This document shows positions 37,347 to 50,848 of a DNA stretch of 64,000 nt, piece after piece (the first letter of the stretch is position 1; each line of letters starts with the position of its first letter). Both the position numbers and the translations under genes were made by a program. The DNA lies in assembly GCA_010405405.1 (NCBI GenBank), contig MU004239.1:1566722-1630721 (forward strand), given 5' to 3'. Below the pieces are notes generated by a model, which was given only the letters and a program-made list of their open reading frames with translations, did not search any database and was not told the origin of the DNA. This DNA comes from Microthyrium microscopicum (taxonomy: Eukaryota).

Positions 37347-38879
37347 GATCTTACTTATTATAGTTAATAATTCTATAATATTACTAAATATTATGCTAAA
37401 AGATATATTATTATTATTCTTAATTCTTTTAATACTACTACCTTTACTATTATAATTAAATACTCTCTTTATCTTAAAGAATACGTTATAGATGTTAAAT
37501 CTAAGACTTATAATTATTATAAATAGTAGAATAAGTAATTTTTCTACTTATACGTATTTAAAGCTATTATTACTATTAAGGAGAATTTAATAGATTTTAT
37601 ATATTATATCTAGTTAATTAAGTCTTTTTAAAAGGCCTATCTTAATGTTATTAATAATAATAATAATAAGTATACTAAGATAATTAATTTCTATATAAAG
37701 CTTATTTGTTTAACTAATCTTAAGATATTATCTAATAATTCTTTTCTTCTATTAATAATAATAAAGACGTAGAGATTATTATAAAAGAAGTAATAATAGT
37801 TAGGATAGCTAATTTAACCTTCTTTAGTAGTTTAATAAGTATATTTATAATATAAAAAGATAGGATATAATATATAGTTATATAGTAGCTAAGTTCTTAG
37901 GCTAAAATATTAGAGATTAGAGGGAATTACGCGATTTAGGGTTAATTTCTTATTCTTTAGCTTATTCTATGTCTTAATATATATAATTTACTATTAATAC
38001 TAAAATTTTACTTTAATAATACCTAAAAATATACTTACCTAAAATCTCGTAATTCTGCTAATTCGCCTATAGATCTATATATATTTTGCTTAGGTCCCTT
38101 CCTTGTTATTAGATTTAGTAGCGTCTATACTAAATTTAGTAATAGGGTTTAGGCCACCCCTAGAGGGTGTGTAGAATCTTGAGGTGCCGCTAAGTAGGGG
38201 GTGTAAAAACTTCTCCTCTATTTTGCTGTCATTGGGTTTGGATGGCTTGCTTTTCTTGGTGGAGCGAAAAAGCAGTTGCGAACTTGCGATGCTCTAACCT
38301 CTAACGGCTTTCTTTGTCTAGATATGGTTAAAGCCCCGGTGCTCGCCTAACGGCCCGAGGGAATTGATGTCTGATCCAGTGTCTGGTGGCGATATCGTGG
38401 CGTCTAGCGGGCTTCTAGTGTGGGTTTACCAGGTTGGTTCATATTCCAAGTGGATGGGCCTTTTGGCGAGTCGTGAGAGGTGGGACTGCAAGGTTTTGAT
38501 ATCTCCTTGAGCGGTTCTTCGGATGGTTAGCTCTTCGATGATCATGGAAACGAGGAAGATGAAATATAGAAATGGTCTATTTACACTTTTAAATATGATG
38601 TGTAAAGCTCCCCCTACTCCAACAAGCTCTATTTTGGGTATACAGTACAGAAACAAATGAAAACTATCGTAGTCTATGGTATCATGACAACTCCTTGCTC
38701 CGGTATTCATTAGGCCAATTCTCCTCATCCCCATTGTAAATGCAAAGAGACCCACTTCCATGAACTCATCCTGTTTCCACGGTCAACGGGGAAATCGGCT
38801 ATTAAAGAGTCATTGTCTGTGTACATGTGGTGATTTTACGTCGTGTTTGGTGGCGCTCGTATAAGTTCCAATCGTGTGA

Positions 38880-40275
38880 TTAGAAAGCACTGGAATACGG
38901 CACTCTGTTCGCATCGTGTGCTTCATTTGTCGTTCCTGGTTCGGCAAACCAATGCCCCTGCGAATTTGGTTGGACCCATCCCGTATGGACATTCTCGTGT
39001 GGCATCAAATGTATTCCGCGCGGATCGTGGGATCCCATGTGTTGATGTCCGTGAACTGTGCCATTCGGAGTCAGACCATGACTGGGAAGTGAGCCTGAAT
39101 GACTTTCCATCGGCTGTGACATGCCCATTGTCGCATAGCCTGATGGCTGCTGATTATCAGGGAAATGAAAGTTTGCGAATCCCCCTTCGAGCTGACTGAA
39201 AGACGCAGAGCGCTCTGGTTGATATTGGGGATGCACTAAATGCTGAGGCTGGTGGCCTGGATGAAAACTTGGCTCTGGACTGAGCATGGGATTTGGGGAG
39301 AAGTTTGGCCTGCTAGGAGTTGACGCCGACGAGCCCCAATATGGAGACGGTACTCGCTGGTGATGAGATGAATCGGTATGGTGCCAATCGTTGCTATCTT
39401 CATGTTGTGAAAAGGTAAAGTTCGACTGAAATGGGGAAATTTCACTCGGAATCGAATCATGGCGATATGGTACTGAAAGATTCATTTCTCCTCCTGATCG
39501 CGAAGGTTGACTTGGGATTGTTACTGAAGGTGCTATTGGTTGCTCATAATGTGATCCTGCTTGTGATTCAATGATCGGTGGTGGTTGACCAGGAAGACTT
39601 GATGGCAGCGGCGTTTGAGGTGAGGAGGTTGATGAAGTTGATATTGAACCGACCTCTCGCTTTCCCGGTCGAACTTCAGTTACATGGTCCACTGGAAAGA
39701 AAATGCACTCCTTTTTGAGTCGTATACAATTTGCGCATCGGCCTTGGGGATCTTCGGATGTCGGTGGTATGCAACGTATTTTTCTTCTCCTGCAATGACC
39801 TATTGAGAAGCATTATAAGCGTTTACTCTTGAGGGTTAAAAAGAAGGAACCACTAATACTGACCACATGCCATAGACGTACGCTGGTAGCCCAGCTTATT
39901 GCGACGTTTATCAGCTGGTGAAGAAATGGTGCCGGTTTCTGGTTGAATCAGCCCACGGATGGCAGGAAAGGAGGAAGAGCGCCGAATCTCTGACGATATG
40001 AAAGAACGGGATGGTAATATCTTCTTACCGCCTGAATTGGGACTTGTTGGAGTGGTACTTGATATTGACGGTTCCAAGCTAGAACTTGGTGTTGGTGCAA
40101 TGTTTAGAGGAGACTGATTGTTGGATGAAGCTGGAGTTAGGTGTGAACCTTGAGCTTGGGTAATTTTTGACATGCCCGCAGTCGGTGGGACAGGAGAGAT
40201 CGGGATCCAAAGATTAGAAGCCTTGGTTTTAGCCACAAGATCGACAGTTGAAGGCAAGACAGCAGCTATGGCCAT
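38880..40275 (-). CDS. Zn(II)2Cys6 fungal transcription factor, 2 exons, ~443 aa
   Basis: Exons 40275-39864 and 39799-38880; intron 39863-39800. The joined sequence KRRNKLGYQRTSMACGHCRRRKIRCIPPTSEDPQGRCANCIRLKKECIF has the six-Cys binuclear cluster. The start codon is uncertain. Confidence 0.9.
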
Positions 40276-43200
40276 TGGTCTGAGCCTCTAACGGGTGACG
40301 GCACGCTGAGGCGATATACTGTGGTAGAGCTGAGATGTTGCGTGTTGGGAAAGCGCATCAACTTTGATTCTGAAAAATCGCGTTCCCAAGGTACGTCTAA
40401 TAACGTATGAATATGTTGACGAGGGAATAATGAGGATGAGGCGCTTGTCAAAGGGCATTGAAGATGTGCTTTGACAAGCAGAGATACGCTAGTGGCTGCC
40501 TCAGGAAACTGCTAGATACTGCAAATGTAAGGATTGGCTCTTGATGGCTCTGTAGATGCCAGTGAATTTGAGAATCTGGAACACACCATGAAATCAACTC
40601 TAGAACGGCATTGGATGTCGGCGAGAGTTGAAAACCAATGAATATCGCAGGTCCAAGGGCTAGTTACCAACCCAATGGGTCGCTATTCTGACCAATTCTG
40701 AGGAGAGTGTGAGAAATAACGGTAGTATGAGTGATGGAAGAGCAATGGTGCCATATAATGTAAAGCGTGATCATGGATGAGTCTTGACGACTGACAACAA
40801 GCAGACGAGAGAGAAGTGAAGTTTTCTAGAAGCTTTGCGAGCACGACGCGAGAAGGGATGCAACCAGTCCCAGGGGTATTCATCAAATCATGTCCCAGCT
40901 TGACAGGCTAAAAAGTAAAGTGCTATGGAAGTTCTCGAGATCAGCGATGGCCATTTCCGGTTGAGGTGCAGTTTAGGAGGGCAGCGTTGTATTGTGGCAA
41001 ACCTCGAAAGACAGCAAATTGATTATGGAACCTACCACCAGTAAAAGATTCTTGACGATCTCTCCTTGAAATGGAATGATTCATCGACAAATTCCAAGCC
41101 TGGTAAAGTTTTTATTATGTGGTATTTGAAATGAAGAGTATCGTATCTGTGGACGGATACACATTAGTTACCTCATTACTCTCTACTGTTACTTCACAAA
41201 ACACAATTGCATTATTCGACACATATCTACTAGCCGATTCAGCACTGAGCTCAAGTTGGCGCTAGGTGGCCTAAGTCTTGTATCTGCGTTCTTTCAATAG
41301 TTCGAAAATCCGCATCAAGAATCAAGATGCCCAGAATGCTGGTAATTTTGACCTATACCGTATAGCTGCTTGGATAATCCGGGGAAATCGAGTCAAAGGT
41401 TGATGATATGTCGTAATTATTCGCTATGAAATTTCTGAGGTTTTAAGTTGGACCCTGGTCGCGTCTGAAATGCTTGCTCTTACTTCCTTTTTGCAAGAGG
41501 TGGCAGCCAAGGATATAGTCAAAGAGACGCCCACGGCGTTATTCATATTCCTTTCGTCTGGCCACAAAGTAGACATGATACTTTTTGCTCATCTTTGGCT
41601 ACATTGCACATCAGGATCAATAAAGGTACGTGTATCGAATGGTCTATATACGACTTACTTTGACAGTTAGCACTTAGTGGCGATGCTGCTGTCGCAGAAC
41701 GTCCACTTCGCTTCGAAGCGTACTTATGCATATTCCGTTAGAGGCAAAAGGCTGCAGATGGCTTTTCGGGCGATTCGATGGTAAGCAACGGTCCAATTAG
41801 CTGCATGTTGTTGAACAACCAGATGCAAGACACTTCAACTTCTCCTCCTTCACCAGTATACTCTCATATCATTGACCATGGAATTATCGGTAAGAGCATC
41901 ACTGGCAAGGGTCATAATCCATCTTTAATCCTCGATTCATATAGCAGATCGATCTCACGCACGAAACAAAATGATAGAAGTTAAGAAATACTTTAGATCA
42001 TTTACCGGCGCTCCAAAGGTCTAGGCTCTATAACAACCTTGCTTGTGCGGCAGCCACAATAATCGCACCATACGCAAAGGAGAAGCTCGCAAGCCAGCAA
42101 GTTACCTTTAAAGAAAGAGCAGACAAAAAATCTACCACTGGTAATTGGCTCCTGTACTTTGTACTCCGTAATCTACCCTGGCGTGCCTGGCGCCATCTCC
42201 CAGCCTCCGGCCTGATTACAAGTAACTCTCCACAAGATCAAGATATGTTCTTTAGCGCTGATTCAAAAGGGACAGTATCATGCGCAACTTCACGTGGAAC
42301 ACGACTCGCATGGCTGCTTAAGATCCATTGATATGGATAAAGCACACACATATTCACTGTGGCCTTTGAAGCGGTGTCTTTGCTGGTTATCCAATCATTC
42401 GTTCACTTACCAACGTACATATTCATATTGTTGATTGATGTGCATCTGGTCATTCTTGGCAGTCGATCGTTGCCCTTGGATTTCAATGATATCCCATGAG
42501 GATGTGAAGGAAATGGGCACGAATGTGGGCAATTGGGCATTGATTCTTTGTGTTTGGTATTGACAAATGACAAGTGGAAAAGAACTGTAGATCGCTCTTC
42601 TTTGCCCATGCGACATCGCTCAACGAGCCCAAAAAGCTGCCGTAAGCACGCATACCAAAATAACAAAAGGCGGTCGGTTTTGCTAATCCAAAATTTTCGC
42701 TGCCACGTTAGTGCGTTGCCCTATCATGAGATCAAAAATCGAAACTGGGCATCGCAGCGCCCAACGGTCAAGATAAGCCAGTTTTCTAGAGCTTTGACCC
42801 AATCGCCGATCCCTCAGACATCCGAGAATCAAGGTGGCTTTGAAGTTATTGTTACGAGCAATTTCCGCGCGCCCTAGTAAATGCCATGGCATAGCCTAAA
42901 GCCCATATCTTCGCAAGTAACTAGAAACGAGCAAGTTTGCACATCGCCTTGCATACCTACCTAGAGCCTAAAGGCAAGTTGAACTTTCCCTCGACCTGGC
43001 TGATCTCATTGTTTCACAGGCAAATGCTCTGCGACCAAGTAGATCATGCTCAAAATGGCCGGTTTTATCTTGGAGTAAGAATTGTCGAAATCTATAAGCA
43101 TTACTTTATTCTGGAAAGCCTGACGTCGAGTTTGGCTCGATTTCAGGCACAAGGCTGAGACTAAGGCTGACCAATCAAACGACAGCCATGTGTCCATTTT

Positions 43201-43512
43201 GCCCAAACTAGCCTGGACATTTCAGATTCGTTTGCGATCTTTCTTCTTCAATCCGGGTATAAAGCAGGCGCTAGATTGTTAGCTTACGAGCGAATCGATT
43301 TCCAGCTACCTGGAATTTTCAAAGCTGGCAAGTTGGGCGGAAAGAGCTGCATTCTGCCAAAGTCGATTCGGAAGGTGGTTGCGGCATTCGGCTAGACTGG
43401 TGGCGGTAAAAACTCGGAGACCTTGCCGAACCTTGGCTGTATCTTCACTTCATGAATCAGTTCCAAGAGATCTACACCTTCCTGCAGGACCGTGATTTTT
43501 CCGAAGTTCATC

Positions 43513-45129
43513 ATGGAGTTTGACACCAAAACTCGTGAGTGCTTCATGATGCGGTTGGATAGGGAGGCTGACTTCAAATATCTCAGCCCAGTATAAAAAC
43601 GATGATAGACGGTCGTTTGCCTGGCCATCAGCTCGCGAACGATGGCCAGTTATTTTGGTACATGCTGAAGATTCAAGTTTTTGGTGGCAAACTCTGACCA
43701 TTTGAAGACGCAAGCGATTGATGACGTTCATAGAGCTGTTGCGGACAGTTCAGACGCTGATGCTCGAACCGAAGGCAAAGCAATAATAGCAGACCTGGCT
43801 AAACTAAAATATGAGCTTCAACATGACAGAACCATAATGTGAGACCAATCACGACATCAAACGGCCGAAGCTAACTGGACCAGGCCTCTACCTGATGATG
43901 GTCTTCCAGACATTGCCGGGTACAACAAGGAAATTGAGCAAAGAAATAACCCTTCTTGGTTCTCATGTACTTGGCTCTTCTCAGAGTGCTACATGTATCG
44001 ACGAGCTCAGACATATTTCAACCTTTCAAAGCACTGGAAGTCATACGACATATTTTCGCGATCCAAGATATCAGGCTTCAAATCTTCTAGACCGGCAGTG
44101 ATAGAACTCGCTTCACAGTACAAAGACATCATCACCGAATTAGAAACGTCACATCAACTCAAGGGCGCAAAAACTGAAGATGAGATTGCCAAGGCCGAGG
44201 AACTTGTGTTCATGGAGATGTGCAAGATATGCCTTTGGGGAAACAAGACGGATCTATCCCTGTTGACCAATATCACATCTGACGATTTTTCAAGATTACA
44301 AGGTGCCAAAGCCAGAGAGGCATCAGAGGACAAAATTCTGGTCAATGATCTAGCAGATGCATTTCAGGTGCTCTATAAAGCGCAGAAAAGCGGTGCTTCT
44401 GAACGAAGAGTCGATTTCGTTCTAGACAATGCCGGGTTTGAGCTGTTTGTGGACCTGGTTCTTGCCGGATATCTCCTTGCTGCCGGACTGGCTACCACCG
44501 TTGTTCTACATCCCAAGACTATGCCATGGTTTGTATCCGATGTTGTTCCTCAGGATTTCATCGGTCTGTTGAATGCCCTGCGAGACTCCAACAACTTCTT
44601 TGGTGCTAGCGCAGAAGGTCAACCAGCGAAAGATTTATCTGCTGATGAGAATGGGCTTATCGGCTTTCTTTTCCAGAATTGGAGCAACCTTCACGCAGAA
44701 GGTAAGCTGATACTGCGACCAAATCACTTCTGGACTGAAGGCGGAAGCTTTTGGCGGCTACCTGCCACTGCGCCTGAGCTCTTCGAGGACTTGAAAGAGA
44801 GCGAGTTGGTAATATTCAAGGGTGATCTCAACTATCGCAAGTTGACTGCAGATGTAAGTTACTAGTCTCGATCAGCTGAAACGCGCACAATCTAACAGTG
44901 TCAGGCTATGTGGGAAGGGTCAACACCATTTGCAGAAGCAATCGGCCCGCTAGGACCTGGATCTGGCATTAGAGTTCTCGCTTTGCGGACATGCAAGGGA
45001 GACGTTGTTGCTGGTCTTCCCAAGGGTAAAGATGAAGAACTAAGGAAGACTGGAGATGATCCAGAAATACGGAAGTGGGCATGGAGCGGTGAATGGGCAG
45101 TTTGTCAATTCTTCGATGGCAAGCAGTGA
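43513..45129 (+). CDS. DUF89/ARMT1-family metal-dependent sugar-phosphate (damage-control) phosphatase, YMR027W-like, 5 exons, 472 aa
   Basis: Exons 43513-43534, 43587-43657, 43708-43838, 43884-44853, 44905-45129. Motifs RERWPVIL, WLFSECYMYRR, LWGNKTDLSL, VLDNAGFELFVDL, PWFVSDV, FKGDLNYRKL, LRTCKGDVVAGL. Confidence 0.93.
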
Positions 45130-46007
45130 GCTGAAGGATGGAGATGAGATGCTAGGTTGCATGCCGTTGAAGCTTAAAGCTGTTAGAACTGGATTGTGTT
45201 TTGACTATCGGTCTACAAAATCACCAAATCTGCTTGCCAACCACTTCAGGCGAAGCGACCAATATCAAGCCAGTGCTCGGAGAGGATCATATTCCAAGAT
45301 GGACCTATGTCAATCTATTCTCTTCCTTCAGCCCTTCTCTATCTCACTGACAAGATGCCAGAGGATCATGGCTCTTGCCATGAACTGCAGCCGATATGTG
45401 GAAGGCCACGGTCAACCTGAGAGCAACATTCAACGTAATTAAGTGCACTTGCCATAGCAACTGATCAAATGCGAGAGCACGAGATATTAGCAATCTTCAA
45501 GCTGATACACTCCAGTGCTCCCAATTCACTTGACAATTTCATTCTCCGCTCGCTTGTCCCTTCCTATACTTCCATTCATATCACCAAATAGAGTCATGGA
45601 TATCCATAATACCATCGTCTCTAAAAATTCTACTGAACCCAGTCTTTGATACCGCTCATCTCTGCAAACGGGAAGGACTTGACAATATATCGACCTAAGG
45701 CCCAAAAATTAGCAGCCTGATGTCATACTTGGATATATACGAGGCTGAGAGTGAACCAATCAAAGGCGAGCAGATTGAGGAAGAAGCCGGAGCCAACGCC
45801 ACAAAGTCAGTGCTTGCAAAATTTCCATCGCTTCCTTCACTCATCCCACCAAGCCCACCTTTGACTCTGACAGCCCCACCAAGCCCACGTTGCCATCTCT
45901 CATCAAAACTTAGGCACAACTCGCTTGACAGAGTTTTTCTCTCCAACTCTACATATCCTTCCTCTCGCTCTCCTCCTTCTCGGCGTACCTTCACGCCCAC
46001 CGCAATC

Positions 46008-47955
46008 ATGCCGCCAGTCTCCGCTTCCAAAGCTGCCCGTCAGGCCAAGCGCGCTGAAAAAGATGCCGCGTCGGGCAAGAAAACCGCGACCTCCAAGATC
46101 AAATCCTCCGCAAAAAATTCCACCACCACATCTGGAGCCTCCTCCGTTAATGGCGATGATGGGCCTTCTATGATGGATGCTGACGAGAAAGTTGAATACA
46201 TCGACGAGGAAGTTCAGCGATTAACACTTCAACAAGACAAAGACGGCATCAGCGACCGCGTTACTACTGGTGTCTTGGCCAGTCAGGAAACTAGTCGCGA
46301 TGTCAAAATTACCTCTGCCAGCTTGGTCTTTCACGGACGCGTGCTCTTCCAGGATACAACTCTCGAAATCAACTTTGGTCGTCGATACGGTCTGTTGGGC
46401 GAAAACGGCTGTGGCAAGTCTACATTGCTCAAGGCTATCGATGCCGGAGAATACCCCTTTCCAGAAGCCGTCGATATCTACCTATTGAATGAAGGTGCTC
46501 CTCCAAGTAATCTCGGAGCTCTCGAATGGGTTGTCAAACAAGCTGAGAATGAACTCGACAGAATGGAAAAGCTAGCCGAAGATATTCTTGAGCGAGACGG
46601 ACCAGAGAGCCCTCTTCTCATGGAGCTATACGAGCGCATGGAGAAGATGGACCCTTCCACATTCCACACAAGAGCCTCATTGATTCTTACTGGTCTCGGC
46701 TTCAACAAAAAGACCATCAAAAAGATGACCAAGGACATGTCTGGTGGATGGCGAATGAGAGTTGCTCTGGGCAAGGCTCTTTTCGTCAAACCCACCGTTC
46801 TGTTGTTAGACGACCCTACTGCACATTTGGATCTCGAAGCTTGTGTGTGGTTGGAAGAATATCTCAAGAAATGGGAGAATACCCTTGTTTTGGTTTCTCA
46901 CAGTCAAGATTTCTTGAACGGCGTGTGCACAAACATTCTCGACATGCGCATGAAAAAGTTGCTTTACTACGGTGGTAACTACGACTCCTATATGAAGACA
47001 CGATCTGAACAGGAGACAAATCAAATGAAGGCTTACGAGAAGCAACAAGACGAAATCAAGCACATCAAGAAGTTCATTGCCTCCGCCGGTACATATGCCA
47101 ATTTGGTTCGACAAGCAAAGTCGCGGCAAAAGATTCTCGACAAAATGGAGGCTGATGGTTTCATCGAGCCTGTGAACCCAGATCGGGTGTTCACTTTCAC
47201 ATTCGCTGATGTAGAAAAGCTCCCTCCTCCAGTTCTCTCGCTCGACAATGTCACATTCTCATACAGTGGCAAACCCGAGGACAACCTCTACGAAAACCTC
47301 GATTTTGGTGTTGACATGGACTCGCGAACTGCACTCGTCGGCCCCAATGGTGTTGGAAAATCGACACTTCTCAAGATCTTTACTGGCGCTCTCTCGCCAA
47401 CCAAAGGAACAGTTTCAAGGCACACCCACTTGAAACTTGGTGTCTATTCCCAGCATTCTGCTGAACAGCTAGATCTCACCAAGTCAGCTCTTGACTTTGT
47501 GCGAGACAAATATACACAAAAATCACAAGATTACCAATACTGGCGACAACAGTTGGGCAAATACGGTCTTTCTGGTGATTCGCAAACTGCTCTTATGGGT
47601 ACTCTTTCAGACGGCCAAAAGGCTCGTATTGTCTTTGCTCTACTTGCTATCGACGGACCCAACATGATCTTGCTCGACGAACCTACCAACGGTCTTGACA
47701 TTCCAACCATCGACAGTTTGGCAGACGCCATCAAGGCCTTCTCCGGAGGTGTTGTTGTAGTCAGTCACGATTTCAGGTAAGTTGAGCCCCATCCCCCATT
47801 CTTAAAAAACTGTACTAATAAAGCCCAGATTGCTTGACAAGATTGCAAAGGACATCATGGTGTGCGAGAACAAAACAACTCGACGATGGGACGGCAGCAT
47901 CGCCGAGTACAAAAACCATCTCCGCAAAAAGATGGTTTCTACTGGTGCCGTCTAA
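46008..47955 (+). CDS. ARB1: ABC-F family ATPase Arb1/ABCF2 (ribosome-associated, no transmembrane domain), 2 exons, 631 aa
   Basis: Exons 46008-47776 and 47829-47955. Two nucleotide-binding domains: GENGCGKS / MSGGWRMR / [11 protein letters not shown] and GPNGVGKS / LSDGQK / [10 protein letters not shown]. Confidence 0.95.
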
Positions 47956-49570
47956 ATCGTCATTTATGTTCTACAAGGTTTCATAGAGAAATTTGCTTAA
48001 CTTCAACGCGCCAGTCACTTTGTTGGATTGGCCGTTTTGTCACGGCCACGTATAGACTAGTGCAGCATACAACCTGATAAGAGCATGATTATGGTTATTT
48101 CTAGCCATCCCTTTTCACTTATTGTTAATGTCTGGCATCAACGAACTCATGGGATAGAGGGGTTGCGGTGCATTTTTTTGGTTTCTTCGGGCTTGTTCTT
48201 AGTATAAGTCAATAGAAAAAAGTTTTGATGTAGATGATTATTGCTTTTGAGTGTATTTGTCATATTGAATGATCCCCAGAAGCATACTTTGGATTGGACA
48301 CAAGTATGATAGATATTCGCGGTCTCAATTCTTCTGTTTTTAAGAAGTTTTTTGTGGTTTGCTTATCCTCAGAATTGGAGGTCAGCATCGTCGAGCCAGG
48401 CTTGGTCCATGATATATACCGTAGGTTCAATCAGATGCGTTCATTGCCTGCGAACGTATCCCATTCCTCAAAATAGGTTTGTGCCTTGCATTAACCATCG
48501 GCGAACACTTTGTAGATACCTTGGTTTTGAATCTGCGTACCTGCGCAGTCCTATCAACCGTTCCAACATCTCAAGTCCATGCTATAGAAACAACAAGTAA
48601 TAGCAAACCTCCAAGGCCTGCCTTCAATCTCACCAGTCCATCCCTTCTAGAAGAATTAAATCTCCGAGAAGTCCAAAGACTATCTCAGTCCATCTCAATC
48701 TCCGCGAAGCGACGATCCAGGATCCTTCAAATAAGCCACACTGCAAGGCTGAGAATCAGATAGAAGCATCGCCGCATCCTTTTGTACGCAACAACTGCCC
48801 AATAAGGAAAATTTGGCGGATCTCTACATTTGGAAAAGAAACGTTTTGTCTCGCGCCTGTATGCTTGTTGCCTTAAAACGTGGACCTGGCATAAAACTAT
48901 GGCAGGCTTCGACAAGTCTTCCATGAGGAAACTTCTTGAAACACCATCACGCCCACATTCGTCCATCGACCAACACTGAAACTGGATGTCCTGCGATGGG
49001 ACTAGCGAATTGTGCTTTTGCCTGAAAACAAGACGAAGGAGATTAAACTTTACCGTTGGAAGCGCCTCTTCTGGCTCGATATGACCTAGCATTTACCAGT
49101 ACCTTTCGATAAACTTTCTCAATTCTAGGAGTTGGAGGTTGAGAGACGCTTGCTTTTCTGGCAGTTCCGAAGAGTATCTGACAAGTTTCAACTTTTGCGT
49201 GCAAAGCAATCATTGTGGGGACGTTTTAAACTCTCGTCTATTATCGAACATACCATCCCAAGTTGTCCCTCGCCACGAGGGCACCTATGTCTCTACCAAC
49301 GTCTGTAGGCGAACTGTCGTCAATTGCTTCTTTCAGCAACGTCCGAATTTGTTTACAGCAGACCATACCAATCACCAGCCACGAAGAGCGCTGGCCAAGC
49401 TCGCAGACATATCCATATATGTTCGTTTCTAGAAATCGCTACTTGTCTGTATAATACCATACCATACCCACCAGATTCATCGTGAACATACCGTCTCACT
49501 CTCCTTCGTTCCCTTTGTAACTAATTCAACCCATTGGCGCCGGCCGCTTTCAATTCTATAAACATTCACT

Positions 49571-50328
49571 ATGAAGTACTCACCAATTCTCCTGCTCGCC
49601 AGTCTGGCATCCGCCGCGCCCCAGCTCGCCGCCAAAGGCCAAGCGACCTCCAACGATCTGCAGAACGGCAACTGCAAGCCCGTCGCCTTCATCATGGCTC
49701 GTGGTTCCACTGAGCAAGGCAACATGGTAAGCAGCTCTTCCTTTACCAATCTTCCAGCCAGCATCCTTCCATACCACCCACCACCCACCTCTCTCGAGTC
49801 TACGCCATACTAACATCTTCCAAGGGAACAATCGTCGGCTCCGGTCTCTGCGCCGCCATGAAAGCCCAAGCCCCAGGCCAAGTAGCCTGCCAAGGCGTCG
49901 GCGGAAACTACAAAGCGCTCCTCGCACCCAACACCCTCCCCCTCGGAACCGACCAAGCCTCAATCGACCAAGCAACATCCGTAATCACCTCCGCCATGAC
50001 CGCATGCCCGCAGTCTCAAATGGTACTTGCTGGCTATTCCCAAGGATCTGCCGTGATTTCCCAGGCAGTGCAGGCCCTGCCGGCGGATATGAAGGCGAAG
50101 GTTATGGCGGTGGCGTTTTATGGGTATACAAAGAATCAGCAGACGATGGGTATGTTGCCGGGCTTTCCTCAGCAGAATTTGAAGGTTTTCTGCCGAGGGG
50201 ATGATGGGGTTTGTGGGGGGCAGTTGGATGTTACGGCGGGTCATTTGGCGTATCAGAATGATGGGACTGTTGGGATGGGTGCGACTTTCTTGATGAGTAA
50301 AGTTCAGTTGCCTGCTGGAGGAAACTAG
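49571..50328 (+). CDS. Secreted cutinase (CE5), 2 exons, 219 aa
   Basis: Exons 49571-49726 and 49825-50328. Signal peptide, IMARGSTEQGNMG, nucleophile motif GYSQG, and CRGDDGVCGG..AGHLAY carrying the Asp/His of the triad. Confidence 0.95.
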
Positions 50329-50848
50329 AGAGGAGGTTGGTGAGCAGTGGATGACTAGTAGCGGTTAGGTAGAATGCCATACTGTTGAGACTCTTAGTGA
50401 AGTTGTTCGTGTGCTTCGTAGCTTCAGTCTACAGGTGTCAGTATGATCAAGCCCTCAATACATACGTAAAGAGTAAAGTAAACAAGAGTTCGTTATCATA
50501 GGTGTATTCATGTCTATCATGGATTGCGAGAGGGAGCCAGAGCACCATTCACCGTTGAAACTCAGCACACTTCCCAGCTCTTTACGCATTTGTAGATACA
50601 ACAAGGTCCAGTCTTCAACCACAAAGCTCGTTTTCATTGGACCTAAACAGCCACCACTCCTTCAATCCTACACGTTGGAAAGTCGTCAAGTTATTCGGGT
50701 TGGCAACAGCTGATAGCGAGCTTTAAGCAGCATGCTCATCCTGGTCTGAAGGCAATGACAGGATCTTCATCCTCTGGAGGTGCTGGAACACCATCGAGAA
50801 GTTCTGGATCGCTGACAATTTCTCCAAGCCAGCCTGGCAAATTGCTAC

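Larger units (their letters stand above)
27433..38218. mobile_element. Heavily RIP-degraded Mutator-like (MULE) element, ~3.4 kb excluding the nested retrotransposon
   Basis: About 152-bp TIRs (27433-27584 and 38067-38218, termini GAGG..CCTC) with a 10-bp TSD TATTTTGCTG at 27423-27432 and 38219-38228. Long TIRs with a 9-11 bp TSD are typical of Mutator. The transposase could not be read, so the class rests on the termini only. Confidence 0.82.

Noticed and set aside
45720..46007. 96-aa in-frame N-terminal extension of ARB1 from ATG 45720
   Set aside because: The extension is a pyrimidine-rich leader-like sequence. ATG 46008 has good context (GCAATCATG) and begins the [13 protein letters not shown] N-terminus expected for the family.
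46806..46835. Walker B of ARB1 NBD1 reads LLDDPT instead of LLDEPT
   Set aside because: As far as I recall this substitution is normal for fungal Arb1 orthologues, so it is not evidence of pseudogenisation or novelty.
48300..49450. Cluster of short ORFs between ARB1 and cutinase
   Set aside because: No consistent frame, splice model or recognisable motif could be assembled.
50790..50848. Stop-codon readthrough of G6PD giving a cryptic peroxisomal signal
   Set aside because: The TAG context is not the TGA-CTA readthrough motif, and the extension ends in ..HAA, which is not a PTS1.
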